From a bacterium (GTDB lineage Bacteria; RBG-13-61-14; DATKZS01): a DNA stretch of 64,000 nt. The position numbers and the translations under genes were made by a program. Under the pieces are notes generated by a model. It was not told where the DNA came from and made no database searches. It was given only the letters and a program-made list of their open reading frames with translations. Positions 10,107 through 19,207 of the stretch are shown piece by piece. Where the stretch lies: NCBI GenBank assembly GCA_963674965.2, contig CAXXFL010000003.1, forward strand, positions 384,001-448,000. Direction: 5' to 3'. Within the stretch, counting starts at the first letter, position 1, and each line of letters starts with the position of its first letter.

Positions 10107-11117
10107 TTAATCGTCCCTATTGGCCGGGCCGGGCGCGAACTTCTTTTCCCGCCTCATCCTCATCCTCTCGATAAGCACGGGCAGGAACTCATGGAGGTCA
10201 TGGACCACCCCCACCCGCGCCAGGTCCCAGATGAGGGCCCGCTCGTCCGAGTTTATCGCCGCCACCATCTCCGAGCCGCTCATGCCCGCGGCGTGCTGGA
10301 TGGCCCCGGATATGCCCAGGGCAAGGTATAGTTTGGGCCGGACCGTCTGCCCCGTCTGACCCACCTGGCGCTCGATGGGCAGCCAGCCGGCGTCCACCAC
10401 CGGCCTCGAGGCGCCCACGGCGGCCTTGTCGAAAAGGGAAGCCAGCTCGTGGACCAGGGCCAGGTTTTCCTCGGCCCCTATCCCCCGGCCCGCCGCCACT
10501 ATCACCTCCGCCCTGGTCAGGTCGATCGAGCGGGAAGGGGCGGGAGTCAAGCCCAGGTTCTCGATTCCGCCGGCGTCAACCTTGATCCGCCTGACCTCGG
10601 TCGAGCCCGGCGCCTTAGCGCTAAGCGCTGGAGAGGCCCCGGGAAGGACCGTCACCACCGCGGTTAATCCCTCTTGAGGCGTTATCTCCTCGGCCAGCTT
10701 GCCGCCCAGGATCGACCTGATAAAGCCGGGAGGGTAGCCATCGGTCATGCCGCTGACGCCGGTCACGCAGACGCCTCCCAGCCTTACGGCCAGCCGGGCC
10801 GCGTAATCCCAGCCAGTGGCCGAGTGGGGGATGATTATGTGGGAAGGACCAAGCTCGGCGGCGAGGGCCGCCAGGGCGTCCACCCAACCGAGGCAGTTGT
10901 AGGAGGCGAGGAGTTCATGGTCCAGGCCGATAACGTCAAGGCCCGTCTCGGCCGCCAGCTTCCGGGCCGTCTCCCCGGCGGGATGGCCCAGCGCCGCGAC
11001 GACCGCTTTCCCACCGGAGGCGCCAAGCACTTTGGCGGCAAAGCCCGCGGCCTCGAGGGTTGACGGACATATCCCGCGCCCCTGGGTTTCGGCCACCACC
11101 ATCACGGTCCTTGCCAA
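10107..11117 (-). CDS. etfA: Electron transfer flavoprotein alpha subunit
   Basis: IVAAGRGIG, GASRPVVDAGW, QVGQTGQTV, GISGAIQH. Confidence 0.95.
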   Translation of the reverse strand: MARTVMVVAETQGRGICPSTLEAAGFAAKVLGASGGKAVVAALGHPAGETARKLAAETGLDVIGLDHELLASYNCLGWVDALAALAAELGPSHIIIPHSATGWDYAARLAVRLGGVCVTGVSGMTDGYPPGFIRSILGGKLAEEITPQEGLTAVVTVLPGASPALSAKAPGSTEVRRIKVDAGGIENLGLTPAPSRSIDLTRAEVIVAAGRGIGAEENLALVHELASLFDKAAVGASRPVVDAGWLPIERQVGQTGQTVRPKLYLALGISGAIQHAAGMSGSEMVAAINSDERALIWDLARVGVVHDLHEFLPVLIERMRMRREKKFAPGPANRDD

Positions 11118-11138
11118 GTCATCCTCCTCGCGGCCCCG

Positions 11139-11921
11139 CTACAAGGAGGGGACCACCTCCCTCATCCGCTCGATCAAGGCGTCGGCTATCTCCTCGAGGC
11201 CCCCCTCCAGGAACTCGCATTTTCCCTCCCGTCTCGGCTCGAGGACCTTGATCTCGGCGCCTGGCGGTCTTTTCGCGCCAAGAGACCCGGCCGGGACGCG
11301 GGGAATCTCCATCCGCTTCACGCGAAGAACGTTCGAGAGACTGGGGTAGCGGGGAGAGTTAATGCCCGACTGGACCGCGAACAAAGCCGGCGCCCGGACC
11401 TGGAAGCGCTCTCGAACGCCGCCCTCCAGCTCGCGCTCGCATCGGAAGAACTTGCCGCCCTCCATGGCCGAGAGGGACACCGCCGTGGTGACCGAGGGTA
11501 TGCCCAAAGTCTCGGCCAGGGCCGGGCCGGTCTGAGACCTTTGCATGTCCTCGCTCATGACGCCGCAGAGGATAAGGTCGAAGTCCTTATCCCCGGCCCA
11601 CGCCCCTATCAGGGAGGCGATGGAAAGGGCGTCCGGGGCGGGATCGTCCGAGTCGTCGATAATGACCCCGTAGTCTCCCCCCATGCCCAGGACCCGGCGG
11701 AGTTGGGCCTCGACCCGGGGCGGACCCACCGAGACAACCGTAATTGCCGCCTCGCCCAGGTCCTCCCGAACCCGGAGCGCCTGCTCCATGGCGTAAAGGT
11801 CGTACTCGTTTGGACGGAAAGATAGTCCGGCCTCATCGTAGCGCGCCGCGTCGTCCGCCGGTTTGAACCTCGAGTCCATCTCGGGCACGGCCTTTGTAAG
11901 TACCAGAATTTTCATAGTCAT
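11139..11921 (-). CDS. etfB: Electron transfer flavoprotein beta subunit
   Basis: KAVP, NEYDLYAMEQAL, DLILCG, ERELEGG, INSPRYPSL; adjacent to etfA. Confidence 0.93.
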   Translation of the reverse strand: MTMKILVLTKAVPEMDSRFKPADDAARYDEAGLSFRPNEYDLYAMEQALRVREDLGEAAITVVSVGPPRVEAQLRRVLGMGGDYGVIIDDSDDPAPDALSIASLIGAWAGDKDFDLILCGVMSEDMQRSQTGPALAETLGIPSVTTAVSLSAMEGGKFFRCERELEGGVRERFQVRAPALFAVQSGINSPRYPSLSNVLRVKRMEIPRVPAGSLGAKRPPGAEIKVLEPRREGKCEFLEGGLEEIADALIERMREVVPSL

Positions 11922-11930
11922 TTGAGAAGC

Positions 11931-11959
11931 ATTATATCCCGGGTCGCTCCCTCCGTCAA
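11931..11959 (-). promoter_or_regulatory. Near-consensus sigma70 promoter for etfBA
   Basis: Minus strand TTGACG (11959-11954), 17 nt, TATAAT (11936-11931). Confidence 0.75.
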
Positions 11960-11986
11960 TAATCGAGCGAGCGCTCGCTCGATTAT
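11959..11986. promoter_or_regulatory. Perfect 28-bp palindrome, probable TetR-type operator between divergent promoters
   Basis: ATAATCGAGCGAGC|GCTCGCTCGATTAT lies between two back-to-back -35 boxes; plus-strand TTGACA at 11989-11994. Confidence 0.7.
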
Positions 11987-12059
11987 ACTTGACAAACCTC
12001 CCAAAAAAGGTTTAATAAAATAATCCGAGTTCCTCCGGCAACCACGAAAAGGAGTTACA

Positions 12060-12785
12060 TTGAGCAGATTGATCCTGGTCAGGCACGGTCAGGCGTCCTT
12101 TGGCAAGGCCAACTACGACAAGCTCTCCGAGCTGGGCGAGACCCAGTGCCGGCTGTTGGGTGAGTACTGGACCGCGCAAGGCCTGAAGCTCGACGCCGTG
12201 TACGTGGGGACCCTCGAGCGTCAGCGCCGCAGCCTCGAGATGGCGTCCCTCGCCTATGCCATGATGGGCGTGGACTTTCCCGAGCCGATAGTGGACGAAA
12301 ACTGGAACGAGTACGACGCCTCGGCCATGCTCACGGGCTCGATACCCACCGTTATCAAGTCTCATCCGGACATAGCCGAGTTGGCCGCCCGGCTGGCGCC
12401 CGAGGGCAAGCCGGACCTGGCCGCCAACCGCAAGGTCTTCAACCGTCTCCTGGCCCGGGTCATGTCCCTTTGGGTGGAGGGGGCCCTGGACGGCTTCGTG
12501 GGCGAGACTTGGGCCCAGTTCCGGGACCGGGTGGGCGCGGCCATCGGCCGGGTCATGGACGAGTGGCGGGGAGGCAAGACCGCGGCGGTCTTCACCTCGG
12601 GCGGCCCCGTCTCGGCGGCGCTGCAAAAGGCGCTTAACTCCCCGGACATGGAGTCCATGGAAATAGGCTGGTCCATCTACAACGCTTCCCTTTCCGAGTT
12701 CAGGTACAATGAGGACAAGTTCTCGCTCGTGAGTTTCAACGCCGCGCCCCACCTGAATCGGAAGGAACTTATAACCCTAAGATAA
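12060..12785 (+). CDS. Histidine phosphatase (phosphoglycerate mutase-like) family protein
   Basis: LVRHGQASFG, VFTSGG, SFNAAPHL; TTG start after AAGGAG. Confidence 0.9.
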   Translation: MSRLILVRHGQASFGKANYDKLSELGETQCRLLGEYWTAQGLKLDAVYVGTLERQRRSLEMASLAYAMMGVDFPEPIVDENWNEYDASAMLTGSIPTVIKSHPDIAELAARLAPEGKPDLAANRKVFNRLLARVMSLWVEGALDGFVGETWAQFRDRVGAAIGRVMDEWRGGKTAAVFTSGGPVSAALQKALNSPDMESMEIGWSIYNASLSEFRYNEDKFSLVSFNAAPHLNRKELITLR

Positions 12786-12806
12786 CGAGCAAAGGAAAGG
12801 ATCGTC

Positions 12807-14174
12807 ATGTGGGATGAACTGATAAAGGAATCGAAGGAGGCCTTTAACGCCCGCGAGTTCGAGCGGGCCGAGGCCCCGGCGCGAAAGGCGCTCGATATGG
12901 CCCTGGCCGAGCGCGGCAGGGAAAGCGACGACTACTCCGCCTCGGCCAACCAGCTCGGGTCGGTGCTTTTCCAGCTCGGCCGGGCGGACGAGGCGCTCGA
13001 GCTTTTCCGGGAGGCCCTGGCCATCGACGAGAAGCTGCATGGGGAGAGGTCCCAGGAGGCGGCGCTGACCCTGGACAACATGGCGGCCTGCTACTCGGCC
13101 AAGGGCGATCACGAGTCGGCCCTGCCCCTTTGCGAGCGGGCGGCGGACATACTCGAGGACGCGCTTGGTCTCTCGAGTGAGGACGTGGCCATCGTCCACG
13201 ACAACCTGGGCTCGGTCTACATCTCGCTGGGCAGGCTGGACGACGCCATAGCGGCCAAGCGCAAGGCGCTTCGGGTCTTCGAGAACGCCCTCCCCTTCGA
13301 CCATCCCAAGGTGGTGAACTCGGTGCCTCCCATGATACAGCTCCTTTTGATGAAGGGCGACGTGGAACAGGCCATACCCTTCATGGAGAGGTCCCTGGAC
13401 CAGAAGGTCCACGCCCTGGGCCTGGACCACCCCGACGCGGTCATGGAACTGACCCGCCTGGCCGACGCCTACTCCCAGACGGACAGGCTGGACCTGGCCG
13501 AGGCCATATTGGAGAAGGCCGTTATGGAGTGGACCAAGGAACTGGGCGACGACCACGCCGTGGTCGGGGAGGGACTTAACAACCTGGCCCTCGTCTATCT
13601 CCAGCGCGACAAGACGGCGGAGGCCAAGGCGACCCTCGAGAAGGCCCTGGACGCGGCCCGTGACTATCACGGGGCCGAGAGCGTGAACGTGGCCTCGGTC
13701 CTCGTCAACCTGGCCGACGTCCACGAAAGGACGGGAAACCACGACAAGGCCGAGCCCCTCTTGAACCGGGCCCTGGAAATCAGGGAGAAAGTCAGGGGCG
13801 CCGACCACCTTTCCGTGGCCGAGGCGCTCATGCCCCTGGGCAGGGTCCGCATGGGCCTGGGCCGTCCCGCCGAGGCGGCCGAGTCCTTCCAGCGGTCGCT
13901 CGAGATCGGCAAGGCCCAGCTTGGAGAGCGACATCCCCACCTCGGCGCCGTGCTCAACAACCTGGGCAGGGCGCTGGCCATGGCCGGAGATATCGAGGAG
14001 GCGAGAGTGAGCGTCGAGTCGGCCCTGGATATCGCCGAGTCGACGCTGGGGCCGGACCACCCGGCCGTGGCCGTCGTGCTTGACAACCTGGCGGATATCC
14101 AGGAGAAGGGGGGCGACCCCGACAAGGCCGCCCAGTCCAGAAAACGGGCCGAGGGAATCCGCTCGCGCGGGTAA
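12807..14174 (+). CDS. Tetratricopeptide repeat protein (42-aa kinesin-light-chain-type repeats)
   Basis: Repeated NNLA/LG...A...ALEI...LG.DHP.VA units. Confidence 0.88.
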   Translation: MWDELIKESKEAFNAREFERAEAPARKALDMALAERGRESDDYSASANQLGSVLFQLGRADEALELFREALAIDEKLHGERSQEAALTLDNMAACYSAKGDHESALPLCERAADILEDALGLSSEDVAIVHDNLGSVYISLGRLDDAIAAKRKALRVFENALPFDHPKVVNSVPPMIQLLLMKGDVEQAIPFMERSLDQKVHALGLDHPDAVMELTRLADAYSQTDRLDLAEAILEKAVMEWTKELGDDHAVVGEGLNNLALVYLQRDKTAEAKATLEKALDAARDYHGAESVNVASVLVNLADVHERTGNHDKAEPLLNRALEIREKVRGADHLSVAEALMPLGRVRMGLGRPAEAAESFQRSLEIGKAQLGERHPHLGAVLNNLGRALAMAGDIEEARVSVESALDIAESTLGPDHPAVAVVLDNLADIQEKGGDPDKAAQSRKRAEGIRSRG

Positions 14175-14242
14175 AGACGTTTTTTCAAAAGAAGCCGGAG
14201 CGGCGCGGAAAAACGCCGGGACCGGAAAGGAGGATAAGAAAA

Positions 14243-15439
14243 ATGGAGTTCAGTATCGATTCCGACGTTCAGGCGATCCTGGAGATGATCCGGGAGTTCA
14301 TGGAAAAGGAGGTCTACCCCCTCGAGCCCCAGTTCATGGGCAAGAGCTGGTGGGAGATCGAGCCCCGGCTGGCCGAGGTCCGGCGAAAGGTCAAGCAGAT
14401 GGAACTGTGGGCGCCCCAGCTTCCCAAGGACCTTGGCGGCGTGGGCATAGGCTTCATGGGCTACGCGCTGTGCTGCGAGGAAATCGGGCGCTCGCCCGTG
14501 GGCCCCTACGTCTTTGGCAGCCAGGCCCCCGACGCGGGCAACATCGAGATACTGGCCAAGTACGCCACCGACGAGCAGCGGGAGGAGTATCTGAAGCCGC
14601 TGGTTAACGGCGACATCCGCTCGTGCTTTTCCATGACCGAGCCCGAGTTCGCCGGCTCGAACCCCACCGAGATGGGCACGACGGCGGTGAAGGACGGAGA
14701 CGACTACGTGATCAACGGCCATAAGTGGTTCACCAGCTCGGCGGACGGGGCCAGGTTCGCCGTGGTCATGGCCATCACCAATCCCGACGAGGAGTCGGCC
14801 TACCGCCGCGCCAGCATGATCATCGTGCCCACCGACGCGCCCGGCTTCGAGCTGGTCCGGAACGTGCCGGTGCTGGGCCACGCGGGCGACGGCTACGCCT
14901 CCCACGGCGAGATCATGTACCGGAACGTTAGGGTCCCCCGGACCAATCTCCTGGGACCGGAGGGCCTGGGCTTCGTCATCGCCCAGGAGCGCCTCGGCCC
15001 CGGCCGCATACACCACTGCATGAGGTACATCGGGATAGCCCAGCGCTGCTTCGAGCTTATGTGCTCCTACGCGGCCAAGCGGATAGTGGGCGGCGGCAAG
15101 ACCCTGGCCACCAAGCAGATCATTCAGGCATGGATCGCCGAGAGCAGGGCCGAGATACACGCCGCCCGCCTCATGGTGCTGCACGCGGCCTGGAAAATCG
15201 ACGCGCAAGGGGCCTACGAGGCCCGCGAGGAAATTTCCCTCATCAAGTTCTACACGGCCAACGTCATGCTCAAGGTGATCGACCTGGCCATCCAGGTTCA
15301 CGGCGGCCTGGGCGTGTCGGACGACACCATCCTGTCCTTCTTCCACCGCAGCGAACGGGGGGCCAGGATTTACGACGGCGCCGACGAGGTCCACAAGGTG
15401 GTGGTGGCCAGGCGCATCTTGAGGAAGTACCAGGGCTGA
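14243..15439 (+). CDS. Acyl-CoA dehydrogenase (ACAD10/11- or LvaC-like subgroup)
   Basis: APDAGNIE, FSMTEP..AGSNPT, QERLGPGRIHHCMR, RIYDGADEVH. Confidence 0.92.
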   Translation: MEFSIDSDVQAILEMIREFMEKEVYPLEPQFMGKSWWEIEPRLAEVRRKVKQMELWAPQLPKDLGGVGIGFMGYALCCEEIGRSPVGPYVFGSQAPDAGNIEILAKYATDEQREEYLKPLVNGDIRSCFSMTEPEFAGSNPTEMGTTAVKDGDDYVINGHKWFTSSADGARFAVVMAITNPDEESAYRRASMIIVPTDAPGFELVRNVPVLGHAGDGYASHGEIMYRNVRVPRTNLLGPEGLGFVIAQERLGPGRIHHCMRYIGIAQRCFELMCSYAAKRIVGGGKTLATKQIIQAWIAESRAEIHAARLMVLHAAWKIDAQGAYEAREEISLIKFYTANVMLKVIDLAIQVHGGLGVSDDTILSFFHRSERGARIYDGADEVHKVVVARRILRKYQG

Positions 15440-15442
15440 TCG

Positions 15443-16153
15443 GTGCCGGCTAAACCCAAAGACGGCTACGCGGCCTTCACGCGGGGTCTCGGGCCTTTAT
15501 TGGACCGCTTGTTCGCGGAGATCATCCGGGACAACCGGGAAAAGATCAAGGTGAAGAACGAAAAGGTGGCCGCCGCCAACGTGCGAAGGATTTTCGACGC
15601 GGCCCTCCAGCTCTCGCGTAAAAAGGGTTTCCACGCCATGAGCCTTCGGGACCTGTCCGAGTCCTCGGGCCTTTCCATGGGCGCTCTGTATTCCTACTTC
15701 GAGAGCAAGGAGGAACTGCGGGGCATCGTGCTTCATTACTGCCCCCAGGTGGCCGCCCGCGTGGTAAGGGCGGAGACGGACGGGCTCGAGTCGGCCCCGG
15801 ACAGGCTGGCCGCGGCCGTCCGCGCTCACCTTTATCTTTCCGAGGCCCTTCGCGACTGGTTCTACTTCTGCTACATGGAGGCCAAGAACCTGTCCGGCGA
15901 GGAGAAAAATGACGCCATGGCGGGCGAGGGCCTTACCGAGTCCATATACCTCGAGGTCATCGAGGCGGGAGTGGACTCGGGCCAGTTCGAGGTGGACGAC
16001 CCGAGGCTGGCCGCGGCCGCCGTCAAGTCCCTGCTCCAGGACTGGTACCTGAAGCGGTGGAAATACAAACGAGCGAAGGTGAGCGTGGATGACTACGCCG
16101 AGTTCGTGATAAACTTTATCGGCCGGGCCGTGACCGCGGCCCCCGGCTCATGA
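15443..16153 (+). CDS. TetR/AcrR family transcriptional regulator
   Basis: KGFHAMSLRDLSESSGLSMGALYSYFESKEEL helix-turn-helix. Confidence 0.92.
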   Translation: MPAKPKDGYAAFTRGLGPLLDRLFAEIIRDNREKIKVKNEKVAAANVRRIFDAALQLSRKKGFHAMSLRDLSESSGLSMGALYSYFESKEELRGIVLHYCPQVAARVVRAETDGLESAPDRLAAAVRAHLYLSEALRDWFYFCYMEAKNLSGEEKNDAMAGEGLTESIYLEVIEAGVDSGQFEVDDPRLAAAAVKSLLQDWYLKRWKYKRAKVSVDDYAEFVINFIGRAVTAAPGS

Positions 16154-16175
16154 GTCTTGAGAGGGAGATGGATCG

Positions 16176-17243
16176 ATGCCCGACATAACCGACCGGACCA
16201 AGAAAGTAAGGGAAGGAGAGGAACTGGACCTCGCGGCCGTGGAGAAGTTCCTCACCGACAACGTGCCCGGGCTGTCGGGAAAGCTCGAGATCGAGCAGTT
16301 TCCCTCCGGCCATTCCAACCTGACCTATCTGGCCCGCATGGGGGAAAGGGACATGGTGCTCCGCCGTCCTCCCTTCGGCTCGAAGGTGAAGACGGCCCAC
16401 GACATGGGCCGCGAGTACAAGGTCCTCTCGGCCCTGCACCCCGTTTATTCCTGCGCTCCCCGGCCCCTGGCCTTTTGTGAGGACGAGTCGATTATCGGGT
16501 CCAGGTTCTACGTGATGGAAAGGATCAAGGGGGTGATACTCAGAAAGGAGCTTCCCAAGGGCCTGGACTTCACACCCGAGATAGCCGGCAGGCTCTCGGA
16601 GTCCTTCATCAAGAACCTCGCCGTCATGCACGCCATCGACTACGAGGCCGCCGGCCTGGGCGACCTGGGCAAGCCCGAGGGATACCTTAACCGCCAGGTG
16701 GAGGGATGGGCCAAAAGGTACGCGGGATCCCAGACGGACGAGATCAAGGAGATAGACGACACCGTGGACTGGCTGCGCGAGCGCCTGCCCGCCTCTCCCG
16801 CGCCCACCCTGGTGCATAACGACTACAAGTACGACAACATCATCCTCGACGCGAACGACGTAACCCGGATCATCGGGGTCCTCGACTGGGAGATGTCCAC
16901 CATCGGCGACCCCCTCACCGATCTGGGCGCCGCCCTGGGCTACTGGGTCCAGGACGACGACCCGCCCATGCACAAGATGAACGCCTTCGGACCCACCTAC
17001 GCCAAGGGCTCCTATACAAGACGCCAACTGGCGGACAGGTACGCCGAGCTGACCGGACGCGACGTGTCCAACGTCCACTACTACGTGGTCTTCGCCTCCT
17101 TCAAGCTCCTGGTCATCATCCAGCAGATATACTATCGGTACCACCAGGGTCTCACCCAGGACGAAAGGTTCGCCGGACTCGTCAACCTGGTCAAGCTCCT
17201 CGCCCAAACCGGGGTCGAGCTGATCGAAAGGAACGAGATATAA
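16176..17243 (+). CDS. APH-family phosphotransferase (ACAD10/11 kinase- or LvaA-like)
   Basis: QFPSGHSNLTY, AHDMGREY, LVHNDYKYDN, VLDWEM. Confidence 0.92.
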   Translation: MPDITDRTKKVREGEELDLAAVEKFLTDNVPGLSGKLEIEQFPSGHSNLTYLARMGERDMVLRRPPFGSKVKTAHDMGREYKVLSALHPVYSCAPRPLAFCEDESIIGSRFYVMERIKGVILRKELPKGLDFTPEIAGRLSESFIKNLAVMHAIDYEAAGLGDLGKPEGYLNRQVEGWAKRYAGSQTDEIKEIDDTVDWLRERLPASPAPTLVHNDYKYDNIILDANDVTRIIGVLDWEMSTIGDPLTDLGAALGYWVQDDDPPMHKMNAFGPTYAKGSYTRRQLADRYAELTGRDVSNVHYYVVFASFKLLVIIQQIYYRYHQGLTQDERFAGLVNLVKLLAQTGVELIERNEI

Positions 17244-17443
17244 TCTATATGCAACTTCTTATATGTTGGCACAAAGAGGTGACAGAAATTATTTGACGGC
17301 GAAGGTAGCAAGAATGGACGTGATAGAAGATATTAGAAATAATCCATTATTAAGTGAAGTCCATTCTCGTCAAAGAAAGAAGTTGAAAGTTTTTTTCAAG
17401 GATCTTGCCGGTTGCCCACATGAGCATTACCTCGCTCTAAATA

Positions 17444-19207
17444 GTTCCAGTTGCGTAACTAGAAAAAGCCAATAAAAACAATGTGCTGTAAGCATTTTTC
17501 GCTTCCCTTTTTGGTCTTGATATGATACAATAACTCCTTGAAAAATCAAGGATTGACTTGCCGGGATGCTGTGAAGGGGGCGAAAAATGCGACCGAAAAT
17601 TAAAATGCAAATGACCATTGAAGACCACGAATTTTTGAAAGCGGGCCATCTTTTCAAACAAGACACTGAGCTTGAGAAGATGAGCATAGCGCTCGACGAG
17701 GCCAAGGAAATTCTGGAAGCTGTTGCCGATGATCTCCAAAGCGGACTCAAGGAGACCGGCGCCGAGGGGATGAGCGTCGAGCAGGTCCTTAGGAGCGCGG
17801 TCATCTATCAACTCAAGTGTTATTCCTACCGGGAACTCGGCGACCGCCTCGGTTCCGATTACAATTTCCGCAAGTTCACCAGGTTCTTCGGGCGGGACAT
17901 TCCCCATTTCAGCAGCCTGGAGCGGGCGATAAAACGCATCCGCCCCGAGACCTGGGAGCGGATCAACGAAATGCTCGTGGCCCTGGCCATTAAAAAAAAA
18001 GTAGAAGACGGCGAGGCGGTCCGCGCTGACACCGCGGTGGCCGAGGCCAACATCCACTATCCGACCGACGCTTCGCTTCTTTTTGACAGCATCCGTGTAT
18101 TGGACCGGTTGATGAAAGGAGCGCGGAAGGAGCTGCCGGGTCTCGGGTTCGAATATCATGACCGGACTCGGCGGGCCAAGAAGCGCGCTTACCAGATCGC
18201 CATGGGCAAAGGCAAAGGGATCGAGAAGAAACGGGCGGTCTGGTACCGGGACCTTCTCAAGGTTTCGGCGGAAATCTTGGCCATGGCCCGCTCGGCGCGG
18301 GAGGCGCTGGACGAGGCCCTTAAAGGCGGAGAGCTTTATTTCAGCGATGCGGGCCTGGCAACCATGATCAAGAGCGAACTCGATCATTACCTGCCGCTTT
18401 CTGAGCAGTGCGTCGAGCAGTGCGAGCGGCGGGTTATAAAAGGCGAGAAGGTTCCCGCGCAAGAGAAGGTGGTTTCCGTTTTCGAGCCGCACGTTGATAT
18501 CATCCGGAGAGGCAAGACCATGAGCCCGACCGAGTTCGGTCACAAGGTGATGGCGGCGACGGGAAGGTCGGGGATTGTGCTTCAATATAAAGTGTGCGAG
18601 GGCAACCCTTCCGACGCCGACCTTTTCGAGGACATTTTGCAAAAACACGTCCGCCTGTTCGGCAAGGCTCCACGCGAGTTTACCGGCGACCGCCGCTTCT
18701 ATCATGAGGACAATGAGAAGCTTGCGACCGAAGGTCCTTATTATATCGAGCGCCTGGCCATTCCCAAGCCCGGCAAAAGGAGTTCGGAGCGGATCGAGCA
18801 CGAGCGTCAGCGCTGGTTCAAGAAGCTTCTTCGCTTCCGGGCCGGGATCGAGGGCGGCCTTTCCGCCCTTCTTCGCGGCTTCGGTCTGAGCCGATGCCTG
18901 TGGAGAGGTTTCGAGAGCTTCAAGTCCTGGGTGGGTCTTTCGTTCTTTGCCTGGAACCTTCGAAAACTCGCGCTGCTGACTTAGCCGCCGCCGGGCGCGC
19001 CCCTGTGGGGGCAATGAAAAACGGAAATGAAAAACAGCAAAAGGAGAGGTGTTTTTTGAAAGGATAGAAAAGGGCCGGCTCAGGCATTCAACTCGCCTGA
19101 AAGCGTTAAAATCTTTTCCGTCCTTTATAGACGCCCTGAAAATCTGCATGTCCATATCCTCTCCGCACCGCATAATGAAAGCCATTAAGCAGTTGTGCAA
19201 CAGAAAC
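17444..19207 (+). mobile_element. Insertion sequence, ISNCY (ISDol1-like) family, copy 1, 1764 bp, intact
   Basis: Imperfect terminal IRs GTTCCAGTTGCGTAACT / AGTTGTGCAACAGAAAC (13/17 match). TAAATA direct repeats at 17438-17443 and 19208-19213. Single transposase ORF. Confidence 0.93.
17587..18984 (+). CDS. DDE transposase, ISNCY/IS5-like, 465 aa
   Basis: RADTAVAEANIHYPTDASLL, EKVVSVFEPH, TEFGHKV, GDRRFY, RAGIEGGLS. Confidence 0.93.
   Translation: MRPKIKMQMTIEDHEFLKAGHLFKQDTELEKMSIALDEAKEILEAVADDLQSGLKETGAEGMSVEQVLRSAVIYQLKCYSYRELGDRLGSDYNFRKFTRFFGRDIPHFSSLERAIKRIRPETWERINEMLVALAIKKKVEDGEAVRADTAVAEANIHYPTDASLLFDSIRVLDRLMKGARKELPGLGFEYHDRTRRAKKRAYQIAMGKGKGIEKKRAVWYRDLLKVSAEILAMARSAREALDEALKGGELYFSDAGLATMIKSELDHYLPLSEQCVEQCERRVIKGEKVPAQEKVVSVFEPHVDIIRRGKTMSPTEFGHKVMAATGRSGIVLQYKVCEGNPSDADLFEDILQKHVRLFGKAPREFTGDRRFYHEDNEKLATEGPYYIERLAIPKPGKRSSERIEHERQRWFKKLLRFRAGIEGGLSALLRGFGLSRCLWRGFESFKSWVGLSFFAWNLRKLALLT

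Noticed and set aside
17444-19207. Possibility that the frame-preserving IS is a self-splicing IStron or intein-like element
   Set aside because: In-frame stops occur in the IS ends on the host strand, the non-coding ends are short, and I see no group I/II intron or intein motifs.
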